In this document: positions 39,579-50,752 of the stretch, in pieces
Layout: each line of letters begins with the position of its first letter
How positions within the stretch are numbered: the stretch's first letter is position 1
Source of the DNA: Dehalococcoidia bacterium
Lineage (GTDB): Bacteria; Chloroflexota; Dehalococcoidia; Bin125
DNA length: 64,000 bases
Assembly: GCA_963663235.2 (NCBI GenBank)
Contig: CAXXNO010000008.1
Location: 128,001 to 192,000 of the forward strand
Direction: 5' to 3'
Notes under the pieces: generated by a model
The model's input: only the letters and a program-made list of their open reading frames with translations
The model's database searches: none
Told to the model about the DNA's origin: nothing
Position numbers and translations under genes: made by a program

Positions 39579-40702
39579 GTGGTGTTTCAAAACCCTATCG
39601 GCCTTGTGTGAGTCGCGTCCGCCAGAGAGTCTTCGCGCGGAGGGACGGCGATGTGGCTCTATTGGCGACTGTTTCTGGTCAGGCTGGGAATGCTCGGCCG
39701 GCGGCGACGGGATCTGATCCTCGAGAACCTGATTCTGCGCCAGCAGCTGGCGGTGTGGGAACGGTCCGGACGTCGACCGCGGCTCCAGACGCGCGACCGC
39801 CGGTTCTGGTCCGTCACGGCGCGGAACTGGGCCGGCTGGCGTGCGCATCTGCAGCTCGTTCAACCGGCGACCGTCATCGGGTGGCATCGGTTTGTCTGGC
39901 GCCGATACTGGCGCTGGAAGAGCCGGGGCGGTCAGCTCGGCCGGGTGCGGATCGATCTGGAGACGCGCCGCCTGATTGACCGGCTGGCAGCGGAGAATCC
40001 CACGTGAGGCGTGCGCCGCATCGCAGCCGAGTTCGCTGTGCTGGGGCACCCCGTGAGTCCCACAACGGTCTATCGTTATCGCCGAATCAGGCCGGCGCCG
40101 TCGCCCACCTGGCGGACCTTTCTGCGCCTGCATGCCCCCGAAATCTGGGCGGCCGACTTTTTCACCGTGCAGACGCTTACCTTGCGGACGTTCTACGTCT
40201 TCTTCGTGATCAGTCACGACCGCCGCCGGATCCTGCATGGGAACGTGACCGCGCACCCCACGGCGCCCTGGGTCTGGCGGCAGATCATCGCCGCCACCCC
40301 GTGGAACACGGCGCCTCGCTTCCTGATCCGCGACCGGGATCGCAACGACGGCGGTCACTTCGTGCCGAAGGCGGCGGCCCTGGGGATCGAAACGATCTTG
40401 ACCCCCGTGCGAGCCCCCAAAGCCAACGCGATCGCGGAGCGGGTGATTGGCACGATCCGGCGAGAGTGTCTGGACCATCTCATCGTGCTCACGGAACGGC
40501 ATCTCCGGCGGGTGCTCCGCGAGTACGTCGCCTACGACAACGACACGCGTCCCCACCAGTCTCTGGGCGACCAGCCGCCATCCGGTCCGCGGACGCCGAC
40601 GCTCCGTGGTGGGGCGCAGCGCCTAGCGAGCCGGCCGATTCTGGGCGGCTTACACCATGAGTACTTCTGGGATGCAGCGTGATGAGGTTTTGAAACACCA
40701 CA
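39578..40702 (+). mobile_element. IS481-like IS; transposase 39651..40682 broken by TGA at 40005-40007
   Basis: 17-bp terminal IRs TGTGGTGTTTCAAAACC/GGTTTTGAAACACCACA; ENLILRQQL, WAADFF, LIRDRD, ANAIAER DDE core; ENPT*G versus ENPTWG in sister copies. Confidence 0.88.
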
Positions 40703-40727
40703 GGTCTTGCCTGATTGAGCATCAACC

Positions 40728-40745
40728 TTGTGATTGTGGTCACAA
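40728..40745. promoter_or_regulatory. CRP/FNR-family-type operator palindrome
   Basis: TTGTGA-TTGTGG-TCACAA matches TGTGA-N6-TCACA, upstream of the Rid/transporter cluster. Confidence 0.5.
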
Positions 40746-40989
40746 CCATCCCGGACGAGGGGGGCACAGACACGCGTCCCGGACTCTGCAGTCGGTCTCA
40801 GGATGATCTAGACTCCCTCGAGTCGTACCGCAGGAGTTCGGGACGCTCCAGCGCATCCGATTATCGATGGGGGGCTACCTACTCGCAGATATCAGTACTC
40901 GCTTTTCCACTGTGATCGCTCGTGGCTGGCTTGCACTCGGTTGAGGCGACACAGAAATTAACCGGAGACGCTTCGGAAAGAGGGGAACT

Positions 40990-41394
40990 TTGAAGAAAAC
41001 GTATTCGTCACCGGAGGGCCACTGGATCACTCCGATCAAGATCAATCACTCGCACGGCATCAGGGCGGGGAACATGATCTTCGTGGGAGGGCAAGTCGAT
41101 TTCGACGATAAGGGAAATCTGCAGCATCCGGGTGACATCGTGACCCAGACTCGCGCGGCGATGGATAACCTGAAGCGGATAGTGGAAGATCTGGGCGCCA
41201 CGATGGATGACGTGGTGCAGATCAACACCTTCTATGCCGGAGAAGCCACCGAGGAGGACTGGGTACGCTGCGCCGAGATCCGGTTCGGCTACTTCAAAGC
41301 CCCCGGCCCAACGGCTACCGGCATACACGTGGGGAAACAACTGAACCTCCCTGGTCTCATGGTGGAGGTCAATGCCATCGCGGTCGTTGATTAG
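40990..41394 (+). CDS. Rid (YjgF/RidA) family protein
   Basis: SHGIRAGNMIFVGGQ, QTRAAMDNL, LMVEVNAIA; strong RBS. Confidence 0.88.
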   Translation: MKKTYSSPEGHWITPIKINHSHGIRAGNMIFVGGQVDFDDKGNLQHPGDIVTQTRAAMDNLKRIVEDLGATMDDVVQINTFYAGEATEEDWVRCAEIRFGYFKAPGPTATGIHVGKQLNLPGLMVEVNAIAVVD

Positions 41395-41492
41395 TGGCTA
41401 TGCTTCCACGGGCGTGGATGCAGTCGCATTCGCTTGAGCGATCTTTTTTCCACGGCGTTGCCGAGAACATTGAGGAATCGAGAGGGTGACTC

Positions 41493-42713
41493 ATGACACG
41501 CAGGAAGCCTATATGGTTGGCAACCGGAATCCTCGTGGCGTTTGGACTTCTCGGCGTTGCGGCGGCGTGTGGGGACGACGAGGACGAAGCGGAACAAGCC
41601 GTCGCGCATGCAGTACCCGAGGCTGTGGACTCCAGAGCGCAGCTGGTCGCGCAGTTCCCGGCAGACGTTCAGCCCCTACTCGCGGATATTCCGGAACGCG
41701 TCATCGCGGCTCTCTGGGACGTGCGGCAGCAAGTACCGGGCACCGTGGTGTTCCGGATGTCGGCTGGTGAACTGGAAGATGCCCAAAACCGAGCGTACCG
41801 CGAGGAGTGGGGCAGAATTACGGGCTGGGAGGTTCTTCAGGCGGGCGATTTTCCGACTCTCGCCGACGTGAAGCTCCAGGCAGAGTCGGGCAACCCAGAG
41901 TGGGATATCGTCGAATTAGGTCTCGCGAATGCCGATTTGGCAGCGGACGAGGGTCTGCTTGAGAAGCTAGACCTCAGCCTTCTCCAGCACGCGACCGACC
42001 AGTACCCCGAAGGCTATACGTATACCGACAACTGGATCACCTATACCCAGTCCATGGTGGTCCTTGTGTTCAGGACCGATGTCTACCCGCTTGACGGCCC
42101 GCATCCTGAGATGGTCACGGACCTCTTCAACACCGCGGACTTTCCCGGTAAGCGGTGCATCTTTGGCTTTCCGCAGTACGCAGGCACGCTCGAATATGCG
42201 CTCGTTGCCGACGGGGTAGCAGTCGACGAACTGTACCCTCTGGATGTCGACCGCGCCCTGGCGAAGTTGGACACTGTCAAGGACGATGTCGTGTGGTGGG
42301 GGACCGGTGGCGAAGCGATCCAGTTCATCATCGACGGTCAGTGCGACATGGGGGTCGTCTGGCACGGGCGGCCGGCAATTCGGGTCCGAGACGAGCCAGA
42401 CCTTCCGATCGCCGCAGTGTGGGATGGCGCCATGCTGGCCCCCGGCGCCCTGATGATTCTCAAGGACGCGCCTCACTACGACGCTGCGATGTCACTCCTC
42501 GCTTACTCGCTCACTCCGCAGAACCAGTGCGACCTGCTGAATGACATTGGCTATGGTGTGCCGTTGGACGAGTCGTGCCTGAGCGATTTTGGGGTGGAGT
42601 GGAGCGTTACGGCAGAACACGTCGCGCAGAGCGCCAGTGACGAAGATGCTGCCTACTATGGAGCGAATATCGACCAGCTCATCGAGAAGTTTAATGCTTG
42701 GTTGACCGGCTAG
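41493..42713 (+). CDS. Polyamine-type ABC solute-binding lipoprotein
   Basis: Lipobox AAAC-GDDE; WDIV, FPGKR, LEYALVADGV, YPLDVDRA. Confidence 0.85.
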   Translation: MTRRKPIWLATGILVAFGLLGVAAACGDDEDEAEQAVAHAVPEAVDSRAQLVAQFPADVQPLLADIPERVIAALWDVRQQVPGTVVFRMSAGELEDAQNRAYREEWGRITGWEVLQAGDFPTLADVKLQAESGNPEWDIVELGLANADLAADEGLLEKLDLSLLQHATDQYPEGYTYTDNWITYTQSMVVLVFRTDVYPLDGPHPEMVTDLFNTADFPGKRCIFGFPQYAGTLEYALVADGVAVDELYPLDVDRALAKLDTVKDDVVWWGTGGEAIQFIIDGQCDMGVVWHGRPAIRVRDEPDLPIAAVWDGAMLAPGALMILKDAPHYDAAMSLLAYSLTPQNQCDLLNDIGYGVPLDESCLSDFGVEWSVTAEHVAQSASDEDAAYYGANIDQLIEKFNAWLTG

Positions 42714-42947
42714 TGAGAGTGGAAGGTCCGATTTTGCGTGGTCATCCCACTGCTGAGGGACGGATCTCTAGGTGAGAGTTGTATGACGGGGCAGGGAACA
42801 ACAGGAGCCTCCGTGTCGGTGTTAAGGCGGAAGTAGCGGGCCGAGAGACGTTGCTGGACGGAGTAGATGTGTGCCTCACACCTAATGGCGACCGCTACAT
42901 GATGGGGCAGTCGCGCTTCGCCTCGGCGAAGTGATTTCGAGCTTCAC

Positions 42948-43985
42948 ATGATGGGCGCCCCATTCGCTCTGAGTGTCATCAGCGACGGACGCCCAGCGCC
43001 CGGAGATCGGAACTACCAGCGACGCTTTGAGGAACTCCTGGAGGAAGCGCGCGTCGCCGATAGGCTCGGATTCCGCGGGTTTTGGACCTGCGAGCAGCAT
43101 TACGCGGCCGACGATGGGCATCTGGGTGCACAGTTCGCAGCCTTGGCCGGCTTGGCGACAAGCACGTCACGGCTGCGGCTCATGACGAATACTCTGCTGT
43201 TGCCGTTGTACCAGTGGAGGCAAGTCGTTGAGCAGGCTGTCGTGGTCGATCTCCTGTCCGGCGGCCGGCTGGAGATCGGGGTCGCGGGGGGTGGCAACGA
43301 GCGCGACTTCGATATGTTCGGTGTCGACTTCCACCGGCGCGGAGAGCTCATGGAACGGGGCATTCCGTTCATACGCCAAGGACTGGTGGCGGGCGAACTC
43401 GCCGACGGGCCGGGCGGTACCCTGTTGCCAATGACCCCCCGCCCAGTGCAAGAGCGTGTCCCAATCCTCGTCGGTGGCCTCTCTCCTCCTGCTGTAGACC
43501 GCGCGGTGCGGTTGGGCGATGGGCATCTCGCTTATGACTACGAACGGTTCGAGGAGAATCTGCCGAAGTTCTGGGACAGTCAACTGCGGCCGGCGATGGA
43601 CCGGCACGGTCGGTCCCTCGCAGATTTTCGATTCACGGCCACGGCGCCGTTCTGGGTGTCGGAAGATCCGGAGCGTGATTGGGAGATCCTCTACAAACCC
43701 GCCTACGCATTCCACATGGGCCAGTACCTGAAGCGCTACCGCTTCCGCACAGCGCAAGACGGCCAACAATATGTGCCGCCTGGTGTAGCCACCGACTTCC
43801 GGCGAGAAGATGTGCTCGTCGACACACCAGAGAACATCGCGCACCGCCTCCTGGCTACGTGGCGAAAAGCGCCTTGGCACGAGTTCAGCTTTTTCTGCCG
43901 ACTTCCCGGTATCCCACATGAACGAACGCTGGAGCATCTTGAATTTGTAGCCCATCGACTAGTTCCGCTGCTTACCGCTGGCTGA
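42948..43985 (+). CDS. LLM class flavin-dependent oxidoreductase
   Basis: ADRLGFRGFWTCEQH, DLLSGGRLEIGV, PRPVQ. Confidence 0.9.
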   Translation: MMGAPFALSVISDGRPAPGDRNYQRRFEELLEEARVADRLGFRGFWTCEQHYAADDGHLGAQFAALAGLATSTSRLRLMTNTLLLPLYQWRQVVEQAVVVDLLSGGRLEIGVAGGGNERDFDMFGVDFHRRGELMERGIPFIRQGLVAGELADGPGGTLLPMTPRPVQERVPILVGGLSPPAVDRAVRLGDGHLAYDYERFEENLPKFWDSQLRPAMDRHGRSLADFRFTATAPFWVSEDPERDWEILYKPAYAFHMGQYLKRYRFRTAQDGQQYVPPGVATDFRREDVLVDTPENIAHRLLATWRKAPWHEFSFFCRLPGIPHERTLEHLEFVAHRLVPLLTAG

Positions 43986-44223
43986 CGTCGGCGAGACTGA
44001 GCGGGATTTCGGAGAGGCAAGGGGGTCCCTGTCGGCCGATCTTGCTGAGGGTGATCACCGGCGAACGCCTGATCTACAGGAGTCGGGATGGTGGGTTGGT
44101 GGTCCGGCCCTCATTCGACCGGAGGCGGTGTAGCGTGGACAGGACGCGTGCTGGGCAGGGAGGGCGCCGGCGCGGGCTCCACGAGATGCGCCGCGTCGAT
44201 CCCCCCACCTCGGTGACCGCTGC

Positions 44224-45351
44224 ATGAGTCGATCGGCAAGCGCAGAGGGCGCCGCCGAAGTGCGCCTCGAGGGGATTCAGCACCGCTTCGGCGAAGTCTG
44301 GGCCGTCCGCGGGATCTCCCTGACAGTTAAGCCTGGAGAGTTCCTCACCCTCCTCGGTCCGAGCGGATCGGGGAAGACCACGCTGCTCCGCATCATCGGT
44401 GGGCTCCTCCGGCCTTCTGAAGGCCGCGTGTACGTCGCCGGTCAGGACATCACGGCCCACCCGCCTCAAAAGCGCAACATGGGCTTCGTGTTCCAGAACT
44501 ATGCTCTCTTTCCCCACTTGTCGGTGTACGACAACGTGGCCTTTCCTCTGCAGATACGCAGAATGCGGCGCCAAAAAATACGCGATCGGGTGAACGAGGT
44601 CCTGACCCTGGTCCAGCTCACTGGTTTGGAGAACCGGTACCCGGCTCAGCTGAGTGGGGGTCAGCAGCAGCGCGTCTCGCTCGCTCGCGCGATCGTCTTC
44701 TATCCCAACGTCTTGCTCATGGACGAGCCGTTGGGATCCCTTGATAAGCGCTTGCGTCAGCAGTTGCAGTTGGAGCTTCGGCACCTCCAACACGATCTTG
44801 GCATCACGGCCATTTACGTCACACACGATCAAGAAGAAGCATTTGCCATGTCTGATCGGATTGCGGTCGTGCACGAGGGAGAACTTCGCCAGCTCGATCA
44901 GCCGTCGCAGGTCTACCGGAAGCCAGGTGACTCCTTCATCGCTGACTTTGTCGGCGACCTGAACCGCTTTGAGGGAGAGCTCGTCCAGAGCAACGGTCCG
45001 ACGGGTGTGTTGAGGACGTCGGACGGGATGGAGATCCTGATCAGCCTGCATGGCGTCGCGCAGGGAAGTCGACAGTTCGTCTGCGGCATCCGACCCGAGC
45101 GCGTGGAGGTCGGCGAAAACGCCGTGGGAGATAATCGCTACCGCGGAGTAGTCCGCGCTCTGACCTTTCAAGGTACCCACTACCGTTGTGAACTCGAGCT
45201 CCCGAACGGGAGGAGGGTATCCGCTTCAATCTACCGAGAAGATCCTGGAGTGCGGGAGGGGGAGGAAGTCTGGTTGGGATGGAACGCCGAGGAGGCACTG
45301 GTATTTGGCGGAGACTTCAACTCGAATGAGTCCGGCTTCAATGAGCGCTGA
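44224..45351 (+). CDS. PotA-like ABC ATP-binding protein
   Basis: GPSGSGKTT, FQNYALFPH, LSGGQQQR, DEPL, VTHDQEEA, TOBE tail. Confidence 0.93.
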   Translation: MSRSASAEGAAEVRLEGIQHRFGEVWAVRGISLTVKPGEFLTLLGPSGSGKTTLLRIIGGLLRPSEGRVYVAGQDITAHPPQKRNMGFVFQNYALFPHLSVYDNVAFPLQIRRMRRQKIRDRVNEVLTLVQLTGLENRYPAQLSGGQQQRVSLARAIVFYPNVLLMDEPLGSLDKRLRQQLQLELRHLQHDLGITAIYVTHDQEEAFAMSDRIAVVHEGELRQLDQPSQVYRKPGDSFIADFVGDLNRFEGELVQSNGPTGVLRTSDGMEILISLHGVAQGSRQFVCGIRPERVEVGENAVGDNRYRGVVRALTFQGTHYRCELELPNGRRVSASIYREDPGVREGEEVWLGWNAEEALVFGGDFNSNESGFNER

Positions 45352-45384
45352 AGGCTGTGAGCCGACGAGGAGCGCGGAACAGTA

Positions 45385-46269
45385 ATGCAGAGAGCGCTCA
45401 CGCTCCAGAAGACGATCGTGCAGCCTCGTACGCGCAACGCACTTCTGGCAGCGTGTCTCTTGGGTCCCACGCTTGTCTTGCTCGGCGTTCTGTTCGTCTA
45501 CCCTCTTGTCGACGGTGTGTTGATACGAAGTTTTTCTGATCCTGAGGTGGGGTTTCAGAACTATACGCGTCTCTACAGTTCTGTAGCATTCCGGAACATC
45601 CTGCGACTCACGTTCGAGATAGCGTTGTACACGACGCTGGTGTGCCTACTTCTTGCGTATCCATTCGCTTATTTTCTAACGACACTGCCGAAGCGGCGTG
45701 CACAATTCTTTTTGGCGCTCAGCCTCGTTCCATTCTGGACCGCGATCCTCGCCCGCCTTTATGCCTGGACAGCGATATTAGGGCGCCGCGGTATCATCAA
45801 CGATTGGTTGATAGAGGCCAACCTTATCGATGAGCCGATCGATCTTCTGTTCAACCGTACCGCGGTGATCATCGGCATGGTCCACATTCTGCTTCCATTC
45901 ATGATCATCATTCTCTATTCCACCATGATCGCGATCGACCGCGAGCTGCAAGATGCTGCAAGAAGCCTTGGAGCCAGCGGCTTTCAGACCTTTCGGCGTG
46001 TGTTCCTCCCACTCTCGATGCCTGGCGTCTACGCGGGTGTCCTCCTGGTCTTCATCATCTCGCTTGGATTTTTCATCACACCGGCTGTGCTGGGTGGCGG
46101 GGGCGACATCACTATCGCCATTTTCGTCCAACAGCAGGTGAGCATCTTGAATTGGGGCGTGGCTAGCGCCATGAGCATGGTGCTGCTCGTGGTTACAATC
46201 ATTCTCTTCTTCGTATTCAACCGATTGTTCGGCGCCGAGCGGATGGTAGCGGGAGCCTTGCGCGGATGA
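45385..46269 (+). CDS. PotB-like ABC permease
   Basis: Hydrophobic; DAARSLGA EAA loop. Confidence 0.9.
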   Translation: MQRALTLQKTIVQPRTRNALLAACLLGPTLVLLGVLFVYPLVDGVLIRSFSDPEVGFQNYTRLYSSVAFRNILRLTFEIALYTTLVCLLLAYPFAYFLTTLPKRRAQFFLALSLVPFWTAILARLYAWTAILGRRGIINDWLIEANLIDEPIDLLFNRTAVIIGMVHILLPFMIIILYSTMIAIDRELQDAARSLGASGFQTFRRVFLPLSMPGVYAGVLLVFIISLGFFITPAVLGGGGDITIAIFVQQQVSILNWGVASAMSMVLLVVTIILFFVFNRLFGAERMVAGALRG

Positions 46270-47093
46270 CCGTGGTGCGCAGAGTCAGCCCTATGAGAGT
46301 CGTTCTCTACATCGTCTTCGTGGGCGTGCTCATCTTCTTGTTCCTGCCGCTTATCGTGGTGATTCCCATTTCGTTCAACCCCGGAACAGTATTGCGGTTC
46401 CCTCCCGATGGCATCTCGCTGCGCTGGTACAACGACTTCTTTGGCGATCAGCGCTGGCTCGACGCTGCGTGGCTGAGCCTGCGCCTTGGCATCACCGTAG
46501 CCATTCTTGCAACCGTGTTAGCGCTCGGAGCCGCCGTCGCCCTGACGCGCTTCGTGACCGTGGGGAAGCCGCTGCTGCGGGCATTGATCCTGTCACCCCT
46601 CATCGTCCCCCTCATCGTCACGTCCATCGCCGTCTTCGAAGTCTTCAATGAACTCGGTCTCCTGCGATCTTTCTGGGGGCTCGTTCTTGCTCACACGATT
46701 TTGGCTCTGCCATTTGGCGTGATCATTATCGAGAGCGCATTGAGGAATTTCGACGTCACGCTGGAAGAGGCGGCTATGAGTCTCGGGGCGTCGCGCCTGG
46801 TCGCGTTCCGCAGGATCACCGTGCCGTTGATCGCGCCTGGTCTGTTCGGCGCAGCGGTCATCGCCTTCATTACTTCATGGGACGAAGTGGTTATGGTTCT
46901 GTTCGTCGGCGGTGCCAGGAACCAGACTCTCCCGGTCAGAATGTTTCAGTTCCTCGAGACGCAGATTCGTCCGACGATTGCGGCGATTTCGACGCTCTTG
47001 ATTGTCGCGTTGCTGATAGCCCTTGTTCTCCGTCAACTCTTAATCCTTCGCCAGCGGCGCCGGATGGGTTCTGTCAGATCTCAGGGCTCGTAA
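46266..47093 (+). CDS. PotC-like ABC permease
   Basis: SLRWY, EEAAMSLGA, SWDE. Confidence 0.9.
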   Translation: MTVVRRVSPMRVVLYIVFVGVLIFLFLPLIVVIPISFNPGTVLRFPPDGISLRWYNDFFGDQRWLDAAWLSLRLGITVAILATVLALGAAVALTRFVTVGKPLLRALILSPLIVPLIVTSIAVFEVFNELGLLRSFWGLVLAHTILALPFGVIIIESALRNFDVTLEEAAMSLGASRLVAFRRITVPLIAPGLFGAAVIAFITSWDEVVMVLFVGGARNQTLPVRMFQFLETQIRPTIAAISTLLIVALLIALVLRQLLILRQRRRMGSVRSQGS

Positions 47094-47119
47094 CTGTAGC
47101 GGAGCCTCGCCCCCGACTC

Positions 47120-48361
47120 TGACCTGCCCCCCCAAAACTGATCCACGCGGAGTGAGAGGATTCCGGGGATCGGGAAGGGAGCCGGCATGGCACGCAAGCG
47201 GTACGCGGCCGAGGAGATCATCGGCAATCTGCGGGAAGCGGAAGTGGCCTTGGCCCAGGGCCAGACGATCGGAGCGGTGGCGCGGACGCTTGGGATCAGC
47301 GAGCCGACCTCTTACCGCTGGCGCCGGGAGTACGGCGGGTTGCGGGTCGATCAGGCGAAGCGGCTGAAGGAGCTCGAACGGGAGAACAGCCGCCTGAAGC
47401 GGCTGGTGGCGGACCAGGCGTTGGACAATGCGATGTTGCGAGACGTCGCAGCGGGAAACTTCTGAGCCCGGCCAAGCGGCGCCGGGCGACCACCCATCTC
47501 ACCGACCAGTACGCCGTGTCCGAGCGGCGGGCCTGCCAGGTCACTGGCCAGGCGCGGGCGACGCAGCGCTCTGTGCCCCGGCCGTCCACGGATGAGCCGG
47601 CGCTGATCGCGCGAATCGTCGCCCTGGCCACGCGCTTCGGCCGCTACGGCTACCGCCGCATCACGGCCCTGCTGCGTCAGGAAGGCTGGCGCGTGAACCA
47701 CAAGCGGGTCGAACGGCTCTGGCGCCAGGAAGGCCTGCGGGCCCCCGTGAAACAGCCCAAGCGGGGCCGCCTCTGGCTCGGGGACGGCTCGCTGGTGCGG
47801 CGGCGGGCCGAACGGCCCCACCACGTCTGGTCCTACGACTTCGTCTTCGACCGCACCGCCGAGGGGCGCCCGGTGCGGATCCTCGCCATCGTGGACGAGG
47901 ACCACGCGCGAGTGCCTGAGTCTCGACGTGGCCCGCCGGCTGTGCAGCGACGACGTCCTGGCGCGGCTGGCCCAGCTCTTCGTCGAGCGCGGGCCGCCGA
48001 CGTTTCTGCGGTCCGACAACGGCCCGGAGTTCACCGCCACCGCGGTGCGGGACTGGCTGCACCGGGTCGGGGTCACGACCCTCTTCATCGAACCGGGCAG
48101 TCCCTGGGAGAACGGCTATGTGGAGTCCTTCAACGGCAAGCTGCGCGACGAGTGCCTCAACCGCGAACGCTTCGACACGCTGCTCGAAGCCCAGGTCCTC
48201 ATAGAGGGCTGGCGGCGGGAATATAACCAGATCCGGCCCCACAGTGCGCTGGGATATCGCCCCCCGGCCCCCGAGACCCAGCAACCCCGGGAAGGTCCCC
48301 TGCCAATCCTCCCGGCGATCGGACTAACTTAACGACTGGTACAACGATCGGGGGCAGGTCA
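47120..48361 (+). mobile_element. IS3-family element (orfA 47187..47465; orfB has an extra frameshift near 47900)
   Basis: IRs TGACCTGCCCCC/GGGGGCAGGTCA; GACTC direct repeats at 47115-47119 and 48362-48366; GGGAAAC slippery site; YGYRRI, WSYDF, SDNGPEF, PWENGYVESFNG. Confidence 0.93.
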
Positions 48362-48392
48362 GACTCACGACCCACGGGCAGAGGAGTGCTCT

Positions 48393-48470
48393 ATGACCGA
48401 GGACCAGTCGCTCAACCTGCAACTCTACCGCTCCATGCGCAGCATCCGTAGCTTTGAGGAGAAAGTGTAG
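48393..48470 (+). pseudogene. N-terminal remnant of a TPP-dependent dehydrogenase E1 alpha
   Basis: GAGGAG RBS, then MTEDQSLNLQLYRSMRSIRSFEEKV*, matching the LYRxMxxIRxFEE motif. Confidence 0.6.
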
Positions 48471-48472
48471 CC

Positions 48473-48892
48473 ATGCCGGATTCTACTGTTCAAGCTCAGA
48501 CCGGGATCGAGACCGTAAAGCGCTGGCACAAGGCTATGGCCCGCGCTGATGCAGACGCGATCAAGGCCGCCGTCACCGACGACTTCAGCTGGCACATGGT
48601 TGGGTTGAAGGAGTTTCCGATCGGCCAGCCGCGCGAAGGCGGCCAGGGCATGGTCGACTATCTCACCGACTTGCTCGATGTGTTGGAGGTCCAGAGTGTC
48701 AACCGGCACACCTACCTAGAGGAGGGTGACACTGTCGTCAGCGTCGGCTCATCCCGACTAACCGCGAAGGCGAGCGGTAGGGCCATCGAGACGGATTACG
48801 CTCAGGTATTCACCGTTCGTGAAGGCAAAGTGGCCCGCGCTCGGGAATACGTCGACGTCGATGCCTTCCGCGACGCGCTGCGAGATGCGTAG
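48473..48892 (+). CDS. NTF2/SnoaL-like protein
   Basis: VTDDFSW, EEGDTVV, VFTVREGKVARAREYVD. Confidence 0.85.
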   Translation: MPDSTVQAQTGIETVKRWHKAMARADADAIKAAVTDDFSWHMVGLKEFPIGQPREGGQGMVDYLTDLLDVLEVQSVNRHTYLEEGDTVVSVGSSRLTAKASGRAIETDYAQVFTVREGKVARAREYVDVDAFRDALRDA

Positions 48893-48921
48893 GCCCATCA
48901 GGTGCTATGTCCGCTGCCTGC

Positions 48922-50035
48922 TGTACTGGCCCAAAACTCTGTCCGTCTTGCCCGAGGGCCCTGTGAGGCTGAGCCTCCCGACCGAGGAGATCGGTCATGT
49001 GGCTCTACTTTCGCCTGTTCCTCCTGGGGCTCCGGCTGCTCCGCCGCGATCGCCGGGATCTCGTGCTGGAGAACCTCGCCCTGCGGCAGCAACTGGCGGT
49101 TTTCGAGCGCCGCGGCCGCCGGCCGACGCTCGGACCGGCGCTTCTGGTCGCGCCTCGCCCGGGGCTGGCACCCATGGCGGCGGCATCTCGTCCTGGTCCA
49201 GCCGGACACCGTGGTGCGCTGGCATCGGACCGTGTGGCGGATCCACTGGCGTCGGACGAGTCGGGTGCGCCGACTGGGCCGCCCGCGCGTCGACCCGGCG
49301 GTGATCGCCTTGATCCGGCGGCTGCGACACGAGAACCCGACCTGGGGAACGCGACGGATCCAGGGCGAACTCCATCAGCTGGGGCTCTCCGTGAGCCGCA
49401 CCACGATCCAGCGCTACGGCTCTCGACCCGCGCCCTCGCCGAGCTGGCGCACCTTCCTCCGGCTCCACGCGGCCGAGATCTGGGCCTGCGACTTCTTCAC
49501 CGTGCAGACGCTGACGTTCCGCACGCTCCACGTCTTCTTCGTGATCACGCATGCCCGCCGCGCCCTCGTGTATTGGAACGTCACGCGGCACCCCACGGCC
49601 GCTTGGGTTTGGCAGCAGATCCGCGAAGCCACCCCGTGGGGTCAGCACCCGCACTATCTAATCCGCGATCGCGATGCCAAGTTCGGTGGCGATTTCGTCC
49701 CGCGTGCCCGGGGCATCGGGATCGAAACGATCCGCACCCCGTTCCGCGCGCCCCAGGCGAATGCCATCGCCGAGCGCGTCGTCGGCACGCTGCGCCGCGA
49801 GTGCCTCGACCACGTGATCGTGCTCAACGAGCGGCATCTCCGTCGGCTCTTACGCGAGTACGTGGCCTTCTACAACGCGGCGCGTCCGCACCAAGCTCTC
49901 GACCAAGCGCCCCCTGCCGGCGACCGGGGAAGCGGCGGGCCTGGGACGCGAGTCGTGGGCGAGCCTATCCTCGGCGGCTTGCATCACGTCTACCGATGGG
50001 CCGCCTGACGCCGGACAGGGTTTTGGGCCGCCACA
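48922..50035 (+). mobile_element. IS481-like IS, copy A (transposase 48997..50008, frameshifted near 49130)
   Basis: TGTACTGGCCCAAAAC...GTTTTGGGCCGCCACA ends; WACDFF, LIRDRD, ANAIAER, LGGLHH. Confidence 0.9.
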
Positions 50036-50644
50036 CAGAGTCGGGACCGTCAGGAAGTCGGCGGCCCAGATCGCGTCGCGGTGATTGGCGAGGAAGGTCC
50101 GCCACCGCTGGGAGGGCGGGCGCCGACGGGCCTGGCGCCGGTAGCGGCGAACGGTCTCGGCACTGACCTCATGGCCCAACACCCGCAGCTCGCCTCGGAT
50201 GCGGACCGCGCCCCAACGCGGGTTCTCCCGCGCCAGGCGGAGGATGAGGGCGCGGGCCTCTTCGGGGATCCGCCGTCGACCGGGTCGTCTCGCGCGACTC
50301 TTGCGGGCCCAATACCGGCGCCAGCCCGACCGCTGCCACCGCACCACCGTGTCGGGGTGCAAGACCAGCAGGGACCCACGCCAGCCGGACCAGCGTCCCA
50401 AGACGTGCGCCCAGAGCACGCGATCGGCGTTCGTCACGCGGGGGTGGCGCTCGCACATCACCAATTGGTGGCGCAGCGCGAGATTCTCGAGGAGCAGGTC
50501 ACGGCGTGAGCGCCCGAAGCGCCCGACGAACCCGAGGAACAAGCTGAGCGCAGTCCGCATTCGAGCCTCCCATCCGTCACGGGAGGTTCCCGGCGAGGCT
50601 GCCGTGGTGCAAGTTCGAAGCGATCCGCATTCTGTGGTCCCACA
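50036..50644 (-). mobile_element. Truncated related IS481-like element (left end plus 5' transposase from 50560)
   Basis: TGTGGGACCACAGAA end at 50644; ENLALRHQL, ENPRWG, WAADFLTVPTL, cut by copy A. Confidence 0.82.
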
Positions 50645-50752
50645 GGACCTTCATCAAGCGCGGCGGCTAAGCCGCCCGCAGGCGCGGAATAGGCAGAAGA
50701 GCCAGCACCTCCTGGGCGTCCGGGTAGTGAGGTCAGCGTCTAAGCTCTAGGT

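Noticed and set aside
38567-39979. 470-aa integrase ORF from the track (also 51859..53304 and 63083..63760)
   Set aside because: These are read-through products of frameshifts or of fusions across element junctions.
40005-40007. In-frame TGA in the transposase as a second selenocysteine
   Set aside because: It aligns to Trp (ENPTWG) in sister copies and I see no SECIS-like hairpin; a simple TGG>TGA nonsense change.
39320-47910. Programmed frameshifts in the integrase (about 39326) and IS3 orfB (about 47900)
   Set aside because: No slippery motifs at these sites; better explained by decay or sequencing indels. Only the IS3 orfA/orfB GGGAAAC site fits a programmed shift.
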